A stretch of DNA of 52,048 nt from an uncultured Gardnerella sp. (GCA_947254595.1 CAMYED010000001.1:1-52048), one strand, 5' to 3'; shown: positions 29,435 through 39,757, counted from the stretch's first letter. Notes: generated by a model from the sequence alone, not told the origin. Translations and numbers: made by a program.

Positions 29435-29466
29435 AACATACCCCCCCCCCCGTTCGTAAAAGTCAA
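29435..29466 (-). promoter_or_regulatory. Putative sigma-70 promoter with poly-G11 spacer tract
   Basis: Minus strand TTGACT-TTTACGAAC-G11-TATGTT; spacer 20 bp as sequenced. Confidence 0.65.
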
Positions 29467-29734
29467 GCGTCAACACGCGCTACCCAACAGTAAATTATCC
29501 ACATTTCACGTTAAAAAATACTAATAACCCACCAAATACCGTAAAAAATACGGTATACGCGATGTTTTTTCGTAAAAAATGCTAAATTCAAGGTTTTCAA
29601 AGTTTTTTCCCAGAAAACTCTCAGGAAACGCGCGCACACTCCCCTGCCCCACGCCAAAACCCTTGCAAAACCGCCACTCCACGCGCGACACTCCGAAGCA
29701 CCACCAACCCGCACCTAACCGCAACACCGCGCGC

Positions 29735-29872
29735 GTTAGTTTCGTTACGCGAGTGTAAAGCAACTAACGCTTTTTGACGCGATTACGTTATTCCCTTTAC
29801 ATCCGCGTAAAGCCGCTGCCGATCTTACGATAGATTCCGGCATTTTCGTTACAAGCGCGTACAGAGAATAAC
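29735..29872 (+). repeat. 52-bp-period array D (3 units)
   Basis: Units start 29735, 29787, 29839. Confidence 0.9.
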
Positions 29873-29928
29873 ATTCCTCAAGCGCTCAAGCAGACCGGAG
29901 TGCGCAAAAGCAGTAAAAACAAAAAAGC
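29839..29928 (+). repeat. 90-bp direct repeat, copy 2
   Basis: Matches 27322-27411. Confidence 0.85.
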
Positions 29929-29993
29929 AGCGCAAGTCGAGCGACCAGTTAATCGAAACAATCAACCAACAAGTCAATCGACAAGCGCTGCTT
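29921..29993 (-). terminator. Terminator after ftsZ-sepF
   Basis: AAGCAGCGC.AGTCGA...TCGAC.AGCGCTGCTT stem with T-run on the minus strand. Confidence 0.6.
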
Positions 29994-30132
29994 AAACAGC
30001 TCAATCAGCTCAATCAGCTAAACCAGGTCAACGAGCCAGAACTAAACGAGCCAATAACTCAACAAGCCAATAACCAAACAAGCCAATCAGCTTAAATAGC
30101 CTAAATAAATTCTGCTACACGCAATACGACCT

Positions 30133-30594
30133 TTAAGAGAACAAGTCGCGAGCAGTATTACCGTCCGGAGCATCCTCCACTTTAATATTCACTTGAGCAG
30201 GGCTTAAAAGGAACACGCGCGGCGTTACACGCTCAATAGAACCGCGAACACCAAACACAACGCCGGCAGAAAAATCGACAATGCGATAAGCAACCGACTC
30301 CGTAACACCAGTCAAATTCAAAACAACCGGCACGCCGTCACGCAAAGCACGACCAACCATCTGCGCATCGTCATAAGACTTCGGGTGAATGGTAGTAATA
30401 CGGCTCATGCGATTAACATTCGACCGAGTAGAAGCACCAGTACGCGAGTCGCTGCCACGCTGAGGCACAACAGGAGTTACCGAATGATCATTGTCGAAAG
30501 AAGTCTCTTGAGCATCGTCTTCAACATAATCCTCATCTTCCGGCACATCTGCCATACCAACGTATGACATCACGTTCTTCATAAAACCAGCCAT
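30133..30594 (-). CDS. sepF: Cell division protein SepF
   Basis: HPKSYDDA, VVLNL, RIVDFSAG, FLLSP; follows ftsZ. Confidence 0.93.
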   Translation of the reverse strand: MAGFMKNVMSYVGMADVPEDEDYVEDDAQETSFDNDHSVTPVVPQRGSDSRTGASTRSNVNRMSRITTIHPKSYDDAQMVGRALRDGVPVVLNLTGVTESVAYRIVDFSAGVVFGVRGSIERVTPRVFLLSPAQVNIKVEDAPDGNTARDLFS

Positions 30595-30618
30595 GAAGCA
30601 ACCCTCCTCTCGTTCTAA

Positions 30619-31830
30619 TTAACGCAGAAAATCAGGAATATCTAATTCATCCGGTTCAGCTGCAGGTTGCTGCTGAGTAGGCATTGGTGAATACTGCTGA
30701 TTAACCGCAGAATCAAACATAGAAGGCACAGAAGCTGGCTGCTCCACTTGCTGAACAGGCTGAGCTTCTTCTTTCACAGCAGAAGTAGACCTCGCTGGAG
30801 CAACAGGCTTAACATCCGCCTGCATGTCAACAAACTGTCCAGCTTTTGCCGAAGACTCCTCCGCCTTAGGATGAGAATCAAAACCTGCAGCAATAACAGT
30901 TACACGCACCTCGTCTCCGTAAGAATCATCCAAAGAAAGACCCCAAATAATTTGGGCTTCCGGATGAATAGCCTTACGAACAAGCTCAGTAGCAGCAGAC
31001 GCTTCCTGAAGCTTCAAATCGTTTGGACCAGCAATATTAATCAAAGCACCGTGAGCACCCTCAATGCTTTCCTCAAGCAACGGAGAGCTAATAGCAATCT
31101 CAGCAGCCTGAGTTGCACGATCTTCACCCTTAGCGGAACCAATACCAAACAGAGCAGTACCAGCGCCACGCAAAATAGCGGTAACGTCGGAGAAGTCAAC
31201 ATGAATATAAGAATTTGTTGTAATCAAATCCGTAATACCCTGCACGCCAGCAAGCAATGCGGTATCAGCCGTCTTGAACGCATCAATAATACCAATCGTA
31301 CGATCGGAAATCTCCAACAAACGATCGTTTGGAATTACGATTAACGCATCAACTTCCTTACGAAGATTCTCGATGCCAAGTTTTGCGGACGCAGCACGCT
31401 GCGGTCCCTCAAAACCGAATGGACGCGTAACCACTGCAATAGTTAATGCTCCCTGCTGATGCGCAGCGCGAGCCACAATTGGGCTTGCACCAGTACCCGT
31501 GCCACCACCTTCACCGCAGGTAACAAACACCATATCGGCACCCTTAAGCGCCTCCTCAATATCTGACTGATGATCCTGGGCAGCCTTCGCACCCTTTTCA
31601 GGATCAGCACCAGCACCAAGGCCTCGGCTTGAAGCATCGGATAATGAAATCTTCACATCAGCATCAGAACGCAGTAAATCTTTAGCGTCAGTATTAATGG
31701 CTACAAATTCTACATTCTGTAGACCCTCGCTGATCATCCGATTGACAGCGTTACCGCCGGCACCACCGACGCCGACTACCTTGATGATGGTTTTGTCGTT
31801 GAAATTGTCAGTCTGGGCAATCTCGCTCAC
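30619..31830 (-). CDS. ftsZ: Cell division protein FtsZ
   Basis: GVGGAGGNA, GGGTGTG signature, C-terminal LDIPDFLR. Confidence 0.98.
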   Translation of the reverse strand: MSEIAQTDNFNDKTIIKVVGVGGAGGNAVNRMISEGLQNVEFVAINTDAKDLLRSDADVKISLSDASSRGLGAGADPEKGAKAAQDHQSDIEEALKGADMVFVTCGEGGGTGTGASPIVARAAHQQGALTIAVVTRPFGFEGPQRAASAKLGIENLRKEVDALIVIPNDRLLEISDRTIGIIDAFKTADTALLAGVQGITDLITTNSYIHVDFSDVTAILRGAGTALFGIGSAKGEDRATQAAEIAISSPLLEESIEGAHGALINIAGPNDLKLQEASAATELVRKAIHPEAQIIWGLSLDDSYGDEVRVTVIAAGFDSHPKAEESSAKAGQFVDMQADVKPVAPARSTSAVKEEAQPVQQVEQPASVPSMFDSAVNQQYSPMPTQQQPAAEPDELDIPDFLR

Positions 31831-32032
31831 CGTTGTCTCCTGTCACTCACGCACGTTTACACAATATTTTAGCGCAAAACGCTCGATACTGACGACGTTT
31901 TCACAATAAACTGAAAAAATGTCACTTCTTTGATAATACACCGGGCTATACGCAAATATACACAAAACGTTATTTTATTTGCAAACTTGCAAACTAATCA
32001 GACTACAAAAACGCTGATAAGCCTAGAAAAAT

Positions 32033-33187
32033 CTAGTAACTAGCGTCCATAGGATCGTCGCCAAACAGTGCCTCACGCTCCTCGTGACTCGTAGTACGAG
32101 AATCCAACCAGCCGTATGGCAAATGAACTTTTTTAGCAAAACGCACGCGTCCACGCGGCGTGTCTAACGCTTGTTCCGGCAAACGAAGCGAGCCATCAAG
32201 CATATTAAGATTGCGCTGAACATCCGCAATAGTCTCGCACTCCATAAACGCCTTACGTGTGCCTCCACCAACCGGAAAGCCCTTCAAATACCAAGCAATA
32301 TGCTTACGCAAGTCGTGAACAGCCATACGCTCGTCGCCATCATAAAACTCAACCAAAAGATTTAAGTGACGCAAAATAACGGAACCAACTTCCGCCAAAG
32401 TAGGATTCACACGCTCACCACTACCCGCGCAAGCGTTACGAATATCAGCAAAAATCCAAGGACGACCCTGGCAACCACGGCCAATAGCAACACCCGCGCA
32501 ACCAGTCTCCTGAAACATTGCGAGCGCATCCTCCGCACCCCAAATATCGCCGTTACCAAAAACGGGGATATTTAGCGCCTCAACCAGCTCCCCAATACGC
32601 TGCCAATCTGAATGACCACCGTAATATTCTGCAGTTGTGCGAGCGTGCAAAGTTACAGCAGCGCATCCTTCTTCTTGCGCAATATGACCAGCTTGAATAA
32701 AAGTTTCATGATTCTCGTCAATACCAACACGGAATTTAGCAGTAACAGGGATTCCTGCAGGCTCACACACAGAAACAACGCGATGCAAAATCTCCTGCAA
32801 CAAATCCGTTTTCCAAGGAAGCGCAGAACCGCCTCCACGCCTTGTTACTTTAGGAACCGGGCAGCCAAAGTTTAAGTCAACGTGGTCGGCCATGTTTTCG
32901 TCAACAACAATTCGAGCAGCTTGCTCAACAATAGAAGGATTAACACCATAAAGCTGCAAGGAGCGCACTTTTTCACTAGGCGCAAAACGGCATAAACGCA
33001 ACGCTTTCGGGTTTCTTGCAACCAACGCGCGCGCCGTAATCATTTCTGCCACGTAAAGCCCGTCCGGACCAAATTCACGGCAGATTACGCGAAAAGGCCA
33101 GTTAGTAATACCAGCCATTGGAGAAAGAACAACAGGAGTAGCAATATGAACTTTCCCTAAATCCACTGGTTTTATAGAAAAATTCAT
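32033..33187 (-). CDS. dusB: tRNA dihydrouridine synthase B
   Basis: SPMAG, LNFGCP, LHART, GNGDI, IGRG. Confidence 0.92.
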   Translation of the reverse strand: MNFSIKPVDLGKVHIATPVVLSPMAGITNWPFRVICREFGPDGLYVAEMITARALVARNPKALRLCRFAPSEKVRSLQLYGVNPSIVEQAARIVVDENMADHVDLNFGCPVPKVTRRGGGSALPWKTDLLQEILHRVVSVCEPAGIPVTAKFRVGIDENHETFIQAGHIAQEEGCAAVTLHARTTAEYYGGHSDWQRIGELVEALNIPVFGNGDIWGAEDALAMFQETGCAGVAIGRGCQGRPWIFADIRNACAGSGERVNPTLAEVGSVILRHLNLLVEFYDGDERMAVHDLRKHIAWYLKGFPVGGGTRKAFMECETIADVQRNLNMLDGSLRLPEQALDTPRGRVRFAKKVHLPYGWLDSRTTSHEEREALFGDDPMDASY

Positions 33188-33267
33188 ATTGCTTTAACTC
33201 CATTCACTTTAATAATATTTTTGCTATTTATTTTGATAGCGATTTAGCAATTTTTACTAAGCGATTA

Positions 33268-34788
33268 TTAGTACAAGCCGCCAGCAGTAGCAATTTGCAC
33301 AGGCTTAGATTCGTCCTCGCCAGCTTCCTTAGCAACATCCGTAGCGCCATCAGCCGCGCGAGTACCAACAATCTCAACAGGGCCTTGCGGATACTTAACA
33401 CGCTTCTCATTAATGCGGCTAGCAATGTAATCTGCAACCTTATCCAAAGAAACACGCTCCTGCTGCATAGTATCGCGCTCGCGGATAGTAACAGCATGAT
33501 CTTCCAAAGTATCGAAGTCAACTGTTACGCACAAAGGAGTACCAATTTCGTCCTCACGACGGTAACGACGACCAATAGCACCAGCCTCATCGTAGTCAAT
33601 AACCCAATCATGCTGACGCAAATCCGCAGCCAAATCTTGAGCAACAGCCTGCAATTCTGGCTTCTTACTCAAAGGCAACACTGCAGCCTTAACAGGAGCC
33701 AAACGAGGATCAAGTCGAAGAACAGTACGCTTATCCACACCGCCCTTAGTGTTTGGAGCCTCGTCAACATCGTAAGCATCAACCAAGAAAGCCATAAGCG
33801 AGCGCGTAAGACCAGCAGCAGGCTCAATAACGTAAGGCACATACTTTTCGCCAGTAGCCTGATTAAAGTAGCTCAAATCCTCGCCGGAATGCTTAGCATG
33901 AGCAGACAAATCATAGTCCGTACGGTTTGCAATACCCTCAAGCTCTCCCCAATCCGAGCCTTGGAAGCCGAATTTGTACTCAATATCAACAGTGCGCTTA
34001 GAATAATGGCTGAGCTTCTCCTTAGGATGCTCGTACATGCGCAAGTTTTCTGGCTTAACACCCAAATCCACGTACCAGCGCACGCGAGTGTCAATCCAAT
34101 ACTGGTGCCAAGCTTCGTCAGTTCCAGGCTCAACAAAGAACTCCATTTCCATCTGCTCAAACTCGCGAGTGCGGAAAATAAAGTTTCCAGGCGTAATCTC
34201 ATTACGGAAAGACTTACCAATATTCGCAATACCAAAAGGCGGCTTCTGACGCGTAGAAGTCATAACGTTCTTAAAATCGACAAAAATACCCTGAGCTGTT
34301 TCCGGGCGCAAATAGTGCAAGCTGTTTTCGTCTTCAACCGGACCCAAATGCGTGCGAAGCATCATATTGAAGTCGCGCGGCTCAGTCCAGTTTCCGCGAG
34401 TGCCGCAATCTGGGCAAGCAATATCTTTTAAGCCATTCTCAGGCATTTTATCGCCATGCTTTTCGGCATAAGACTCTTCCAACTTATCTGCACGATGACG
34501 CTTATGGCAATTCAAGCACTCAATTAAAGGATCATTAAACACAGAAACGTGGCCGGAAGCAACCCAAACTTGAGAAGGCAGAATAACGGAAGTATCCACG
34601 CCAACAACATCTCCACGCGTAGTGACCATGTAGCGCCACCATTCGCGCTTGATATTATCCTTCAACGCAACACCCAACGGACCGTAATCCCACGCAGAGC
34701 GCGTGCCGCCGTAAATTTCGCCAGCTGGGAACACAAAACCTCGACGCTTAGCCAAGGACACGACTTCATCAAGCTTTGAAACAGCCAC
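33268..34788 (-). CDS. glyQS: Glycine--tRNA ligase (alpha2 type)
   Basis: [29 protein letters not shown]; start placed at GTG 34788 after AAGG. Confidence 0.95.
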   Translation of the reverse strand: MAVSKLDEVVSLAKRRGFVFPAGEIYGGTRSAWDYGPLGVALKDNIKREWWRYMVTTRGDVVGVDTSVILPSQVWVASGHVSVFNDPLIECLNCHKRHRADKLEESYAEKHGDKMPENGLKDIACPDCGTRGNWTEPRDFNMMLRTHLGPVEDENSLHYLRPETAQGIFVDFKNVMTSTRQKPPFGIANIGKSFRNEITPGNFIFRTREFEQMEMEFFVEPGTDEAWHQYWIDTRVRWYVDLGVKPENLRMYEHPKEKLSHYSKRTVDIEYKFGFQGSDWGELEGIANRTDYDLSAHAKHSGEDLSYFNQATGEKYVPYVIEPAAGLTRSLMAFLVDAYDVDEAPNTKGGVDKRTVLRLDPRLAPVKAAVLPLSKKPELQAVAQDLAADLRQHDWVIDYDEAGAIGRRYRREDEIGTPLCVTVDFDTLEDHAVTIRERDTMQQERVSLDKVADYIASRINEKRVKYPQGPVEIVGTRAADGATDVAKEAGEDESKPVQIATAGGLY

Positions 34789-34931
34789 AATACACCTTTT
34801 CGTAAAACTAGAAAATTTGGGTGAAAACGTTGCCATTATAGAAAAACCCTGTGACGCTTGTAGAATTACGAAAATTTATAGTTTATTTTACAATTAGTTC
34901 TGTGTGGCACGATTTTAAGGGGGCTGTTACT

Positions 34932-35300
34932 ATGAGCGAAAATAATAGCGAGAATACAAAAGACAATGCAAACGAGCACAAAACTAACACGGTTGCTGCG
35001 TTGTGCATTGCTCCGAGCGGAGTTGGCGACGAGTTAAGCGAATACGTTGCGGACGCTGTGAAAGTTATTCGCGATTCTGGGTTGAAAAACGAAACCAACG
35101 CAATGTTCACAAACATTGAGGGCGAATTTGACGACGTTATGCGCGTAGTGAAAGACGCAACTATGACGCTAGTTAATAAAGGATACCGTACAGGGGTAAT
35201 CTTAAAGCTGGATATTCGCCCAGGATTTAGCAATCAAATTGACGCAAAAAGCGCGCTCGTAGACAAAATTCTTGAAGAACGCAAAAACAACGAAGATTAA
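34932..35300 (+). CDS. Thiamine-binding protein, YkoF/MTH1187 family
   Basis: SEYVADAVKVIRDSGL, TNAMFTNIEG, LKLDIRPG. Confidence 0.8.
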   Translation: MSENNSENTKDNANEHKTNTVAALCIAPSGVGDELSEYVADAVKVIRDSGLKNETNAMFTNIEGEFDDVMRVVKDATMTLVNKGYRTGVILKLDIRPGFSNQIDAKSALVDKILEERKNNED

Positions 35301-35302
35301 GC

Positions 35303-35342
35303 GCGTTTAAGCGTTTAAGCGTTTAAGCGTTTAAGCGTTTAA
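35303..35342. repeat. 8-bp tandem repeat GCGTTTAA x5
   Basis: Read directly between convergent genes. Confidence 0.9.
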
Positions 35343-35352
35343 GCGCTAGACG

Positions 35353-36147
35353 CTAGGCGTTTTTTACGCCGCCAAAACGACGGTCGCGATGCGCATAACG
35401 GTCAATCGACCTCCAAAGCGCTTCGCGGCCGTAATCCGGGAATAGCTCTGGCACAAAATCAAGCTCCGCGTAGGATGCTTGCCAAGGCAAGAAGTTACTC
35501 GTACGCTGCTCACCAGAAGTGCGAATAACCAAATCGCAATCTGGAATATCCGGATTGTACAAGTGCTCAGCAATCATTTTTTCCGTAACGCGATCGCCCT
35601 TAATTTTGCCATCACGAATTTCCTTAGCAATTTCAGCACAAGCATCCGCAATTTCCGCTCGCCCACCGTAGTTTAGGCAAAAAACAACGTCAATAGTTTT
35701 GTTGTTCTTGGTAATTTCCTGCGCTTTTTCCAACTCGTCAATAACAGACTTCCACAAACGCGGGCGACGACCCGCCCAACGCACGCGCACACCCCACTCG
35801 TTCATTTGCGCAACTCTGCGGTGAATAATATCCCTAGAAAATCCCATTAAAAAGCGCACTTCTTGCGGCGAGCGCTTCCAATTTTCCGTAGAAAAAGTGT
35901 ACAGGCTTAAATAGCGCACCCCTGCTTCAATAGCGCCGGCAATAGTGTCAAAAACAACAGGTTCTGCAGCTTTGTGCCCTTCAGTACGAATCATTCCGCG
36001 CTCTTTAGCCCAACGACCATTGCCGTCCATAATCACGCCAACATGGCGAGGAACCTTGCCCTTAGGAAAATCTGGTATGCGAGAAGGGTCACTAAAAGGA
36101 GCCGCCGGAATATTAAGCGACGTATAATCCACGTTTTCAAAAGCCAT
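35353..36147 (-). CDS. uppS: Undecaprenyl diphosphate synthase (cis-prenyltransferase)
   Basis: IMDGNGRWA, FSTENWKRS, NYGGR, IRTSGEQRTSNF, RRFGG. Confidence 0.95.
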   Translation of the reverse strand: MAFENVDYTSLNIPAAPFSDPSRIPDFPKGKVPRHVGVIMDGNGRWAKERGMIRTEGHKAAEPVVFDTIAGAIEAGVRYLSLYTFSTENWKRSPQEVRFLMGFSRDIIHRRVAQMNEWGVRVRWAGRRPRLWKSVIDELEKAQEITKNNKTIDVVFCLNYGGRAEIADACAEIAKEIRDGKIKGDRVTEKMIAEHLYNPDIPDCDLVIRTSGEQRTSNFLPWQASYAELDFVPELFPDYGREALWRSIDRYAHRDRRFGGVKNA

Positions 36148-36149
36148 AC

Positions 36150-36896
36150 TTACGAATGTAACAACCCCATTGAACGAATTGGGCGTTCAAGATAATACTC
36201 AGCCCACTGCTGAATACAGAGAACTGTAGAAGCGCCAATAGAAACGCCATCCAACGAAGCCCAATCACCACTAGAAAGTGCACATAACTGCAACCTAGTT
36301 TCCTCGGAACACATAATGGATTCAGGAGTATGATCTGCAGCGCACATTATTCCACCTGCAGCAGGCGAAAAATAGCATAACTCCTCAGTTTTTCCGCAAA
36401 CTACGCAAGTTGTTAAACGCGGAGACCAACCAGCAATAGAAAGAGCACGCAACACGTACGACATTCCAATTGCATCTGGAGAATGTTTACGGTTAGAAAG
36501 TGACGTCAAAGCTGCAGTAAGCAAACGATACTGGCCAACCGTATCCTGATATTCACGCATGTATTCGTCTCTATATTCGTTAGAAACTAGCAAATCAACA
36601 ACTTCCAGCATAACATTTGCATACTCATACGAAGTATAATCAGCGCAAATTTCCCCAGCATAAGCCGCGATCGAAACAGCCTGAGACACAACATCCAACG
36701 ACTTACCTTGAGCGAGAAGAACATCCACTCGCATAAGCGGCTCAAGTCGCCCACCGAAACGCGATTTAAGACGGCGCACACCTTTTGCTACAGCACGAAC
36801 TTTACCATGCTGCTTGGTGAGCATTACAACAATTCGATCTGCCTCACCCAAAGGAAATGCTCGAAGCACAACAGCTTCATCGCGATACAACGGCAT
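36150..36896 (-). CDS. recO: DNA repair protein RecO
   Basis: GEADRIV, AVAKGVRR, Zn finger CVVC...C..DH; next to uppS. Confidence 0.93.
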   Translation of the reverse strand: MPLYRDEAVVLRAFPLGEADRIVVMLTKQHGKVRAVAKGVRRLKSRFGGRLEPLMRVDVLLAQGKSLDVVSQAVSIAAYAGEICADYTSYEYANVMLEVVDLLVSNEYRDEYMREYQDTVGQYRLLTAALTSLSNRKHSPDAIGMSYVLRALSIAGWSPRLTTCVVCGKTEELCYFSPAAGGIMCAADHTPESIMCSEETRLQLCALSSGDWASLDGVSIGASTVLCIQQWAEYYLERPIRSMGLLHS

Positions 36897-36996
36897 AAAT
36901 CAAACCACTATTACCTATAAATCGTAAATGCGAAAATACTAATGCAAAATCACAGCTATAAAAATCACGGCTGCGATTTATGCACGACTATCGGCA

Positions 36997-38529
36997 TTAT
37001 TTAGCAGAATCACCATCATTGCCATCGTCAACATCATTCAAATCGCCATCAAATGCACCAGACTCATCAATATGACTAATAATTGGGAATGAAAGATCCG
37101 GAACATCCAAAACAAGCGGCTTGCTTGGCTCAAAATGAGCAGAAGTCAAAGGTGGAACAGGAAGCGGCGAACGCTTAACAGGAGCTGAAGGAGGGAAAGA
37201 TGGAATATCGGACGCAGATTCGCGAGAAGAAGCCGATTCGCGAGCAGGCGCAGGCGGATATGAAGGCGGATACGAAGGCGCAGAAGATTCCGACTTCGCT
37301 GAATGCTCATTATTACTACGAATAACAGGAGGGAAAGCCGGCGGCATTTTTGCTGATTCCGTAGAATTATGCATTACCGTAGCGCTCTGCAAAAGCTCGT
37401 CGTTGCTGTCGGTATCGTCAAGAGAAACAGAAGAATTTCCTGCTGCAGCATGCGGCGTAAAAATAGCGCGCTCAGACTGATGCAACACTTCAAACGAATC
37501 ACTAGAAGCACGATTATTATAATCAACCGGAGCAAAAATACTCTGCTTGTTGTGATCTGGTACGCGAGGAACAGACGGAGTATGCGAAATCTTAGGCAAA
37601 ACATCTGCAGCCGCAGAATCATCTACAAGATCTACAACATGCTTAACATCTTTAGCATCTTTAGTTTTGGAATCTGCAGTAGTTTTAGAATCTGCAGAAT
37701 TATTAGCATCATCAAGCTTAGATTCGGTATCTCGTTTTGATTCAGCAGATTCAGCAGAAGCAGCACTTAAAGACTCCGCTACATTTTTAGCCGAAGGAGC
37801 AAAAGATGGTGCAACTAAAGTATTCTCAGCCGCACGCACCAACGGCTTAGCAGAAGAATGAGAAGCAGAATACGAGTTTTCTGAATCAACGTAATCATTT
37901 ACGCGCTCAAAAGATTCCAAACTGCTAAGCAAACGAACGCAAGCATTTAAGTAGTAATCGACCTGACGCTCATCATAACCGCGCTTACCAGTACGCTGAG
38001 TAAAAATCACATTAGAAACATAATCCGCATCAATACCATTCAAAGTATCGTCGTCAGTTTCCCACTCAAGCTCGTGACCAAGCATAAACGCAATTTTATC
38101 AAGCGCTTGATCAACCATAATATCAACTTGCTTACGAGCATACGAAGGACGATGCGGCGCACCAGAATCAAAACGATCACGATAATCTCGCTGAGCATGC
38201 TTCAAAAGCTTACGATACAAGGCCTCAATACGCGCCTTCCAAACTACGCGACCACACTCAGAAAGCTCATGCTCAGTGCATTTATCTACAACCGCACGCT
38301 CCAAACGGGATAACGCTGCATCAACTTGACCAATAACGTAACCATTGCGCTCGAGGTCAAAAGAAACGTCTTGAATATCCTGCTGAGTAAGCTCAGCATC
38401 GTCACTATCGTACAGCTTATGCGCGTGCTCAAGAAAATCATTCACCTGAGCTACGTTATATCCTAACTTACGCTTACCAACACGCTCCATTCCAGAAGCA
38501 TTACGAGCGGTATCAGGTTTCTGAGCCAT
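36997..38529 (-). CDS. DivIVA-repeat domain protein with long Ser/Pro-rich C-terminal tail
   Basis: Repeated GY..QVD motifs (GYNVAQVNDFL, GYVIGQVD, GYDERQVD); AGGAGG RBS before MAQKPD. Confidence 0.8.
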   Translation of the reverse strand: MAQKPDTARNASGMERVGKRKLGYNVAQVNDFLEHAHKLYDSDDAELTQQDIQDVSFDLERNGYVIGQVDAALSRLERAVVDKCTEHELSECGRVVWKARIEALYRKLLKHAQRDYRDRFDSGAPHRPSYARKQVDIMVDQALDKIAFMLGHELEWETDDDTLNGIDADYVSNVIFTQRTGKRGYDERQVDYYLNACVRLLSSLESFERVNDYVDSENSYSASHSSAKPLVRAAENTLVAPSFAPSAKNVAESLSAASAESAESKRDTESKLDDANNSADSKTTADSKTKDAKDVKHVVDLVDDSAAADVLPKISHTPSVPRVPDHNKQSIFAPVDYNNRASSDSFEVLHQSERAIFTPHAAAGNSSVSLDDTDSNDELLQSATVMHNSTESAKMPPAFPPVIRSNNEHSAKSESSAPSYPPSYPPAPARESASSRESASDIPSFPPSAPVKRSPLPVPPLTSAHFEPSKPLVLDVPDLSFPIISHIDESGAFDGDLNDVDDGNDGDSAK

Positions 38530-38647
38530 CGAATATCGACCTCCTGAGCACATGTTCTTATTCAGTATACTGTACGCGATTGTTGCGACGCGCGCCACAC
38601 GTTGCATTCGTACATACCTTCATGTATGTTTTTACTTTGTTGCAAAC

Positions 38648-38722
<75 letters not shown>

Positions 38723-38755
38723 GTTTTGTTTCGTTATTATTTTGTTATTATTCTG

Positions 38756-38810
38756 TTTCGCTTCTATTTTATTTCGCTTCTATTTTATTTCGCTTCTATT
38801 TTATTTCGCG
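38756..38810. repeat. About 16-bp T-rich tandem repeat TTTCGCTTCTATTTTA x3
   Basis: Read directly downstream of tRNA-Val. Confidence 0.75.
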
Positions 38811-38857
38811 CTACAAGTTTATTTAATTTATTTAGCACTGCTATATTTAGCGCTACT

Positions 38858-39757
38858 TTATTTAGCACTACAAGTCGGTAGTTTATTTACACCCTTCCCA
38901 GAACCAATAGATTTCAGCGCCTTATAAGCCTCGTCAATTGTGCCAACTTTAACAACCTTCAAACCTTCAGGAACATGACCAACTACTTCATCGCAATTAT
39001 CTTTAGGAGCCAAAAACCAAGTTGCACCATCCCGCCTAGCAGCAATCATTTTTAGACGAATACCACCAATAGCCCCAACTTTTTGCGATTTTTCAATAGT
39101 TCCAGTGCCAGCAATAATTTTACCGCCAGTTTCTTTTTCGGCAGTAAGCTTATCGATAATGCCCAAAGTGTACATCATTCCAGCAGAAGGACCACCAATA
39201 TCCTCAATATTCAAACGCACCTTAACACCATCCGCAACAATGCCAAGATTCTTACGCGCATACTGCAACGCAACACGTTTAGCAACATTTTGAGAATCGT
39301 CCATTTCGTGAGTAGATTCCTTATCGTACTCACTCGCACTCTGCCCAACCGGAACAATTGCTTCGCGCGGAATCACTTCCTTCTGAGAATCCAACCAAGC
39401 AAAAAGAGCATAATACGTTGGAATTTCGTAACCCGGAACACCAGAAGTGCTAACAGTAAGCATTAACAATTTGCCAGAATCCGCATGCTCCTTCACTTTA
39501 GAAGCAGACATATCTATTACCGGAACTTTAGACACAGAACCCAAAACATCCTGAGTTGGCCCAGGCTCCTCAACAACATAAGCACTCGGAAGCATAAGCG
39601 CAATAACCGCAATAACTACCGTAAAAAATCCGGCAAAATAGCGGAAAGAATGCGAATCAACATACGCAATCACACCACGAATCAGAGCAAACAAACTCTT
39701 GCAGCACTTACGGAATAATTGAGGACACCTAGAAAGCATGCTTGTATCATTACACAA
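38858..39757 (-). CDS. Membrane-anchored Lon-like S16 serine protease (YlbL-like, PDZ apparently absent)
   Basis: N-terminal TM, PGP, GGPSAG catalytic Ser, AGTGTI, GAIGGI..K. Confidence 0.85.
   Translation of the reverse strand: MCNDTSMLSRCPQLFRKCCKSLFALIRGVIAYVDSHSFRYFAGFFTVVIAVIALMLPSAYVVEEPGPTQDVLGSVSKVPVIDMSASKVKEHADSGKLLMLTVSTSGVPGYEIPTYYALFAWLDSQKEVIPREAIVPVGQSASEYDKESTHEMDDSQNVAKRVALQYARKNLGIVADGVKVRLNIEDIGGPSAGMMYTLGIIDKLTAEKETGGKIIAGTGTIEKSQKVGAIGGIRLKMIAARRDGATWFLAPKDNCDEVVGHVPEGLKVVKVGTIDEAYKALKSIGSGKGVNKLPTCSAK

Noticed and set aside
29320..29466. N-terminal extension of the surface protein through the poly-G tract (frameshift-type phase variation)
   Set aside because: The strong RBS and signal peptide begin at 29319, so the tract lies upstream in the promoter rather than the CDS.
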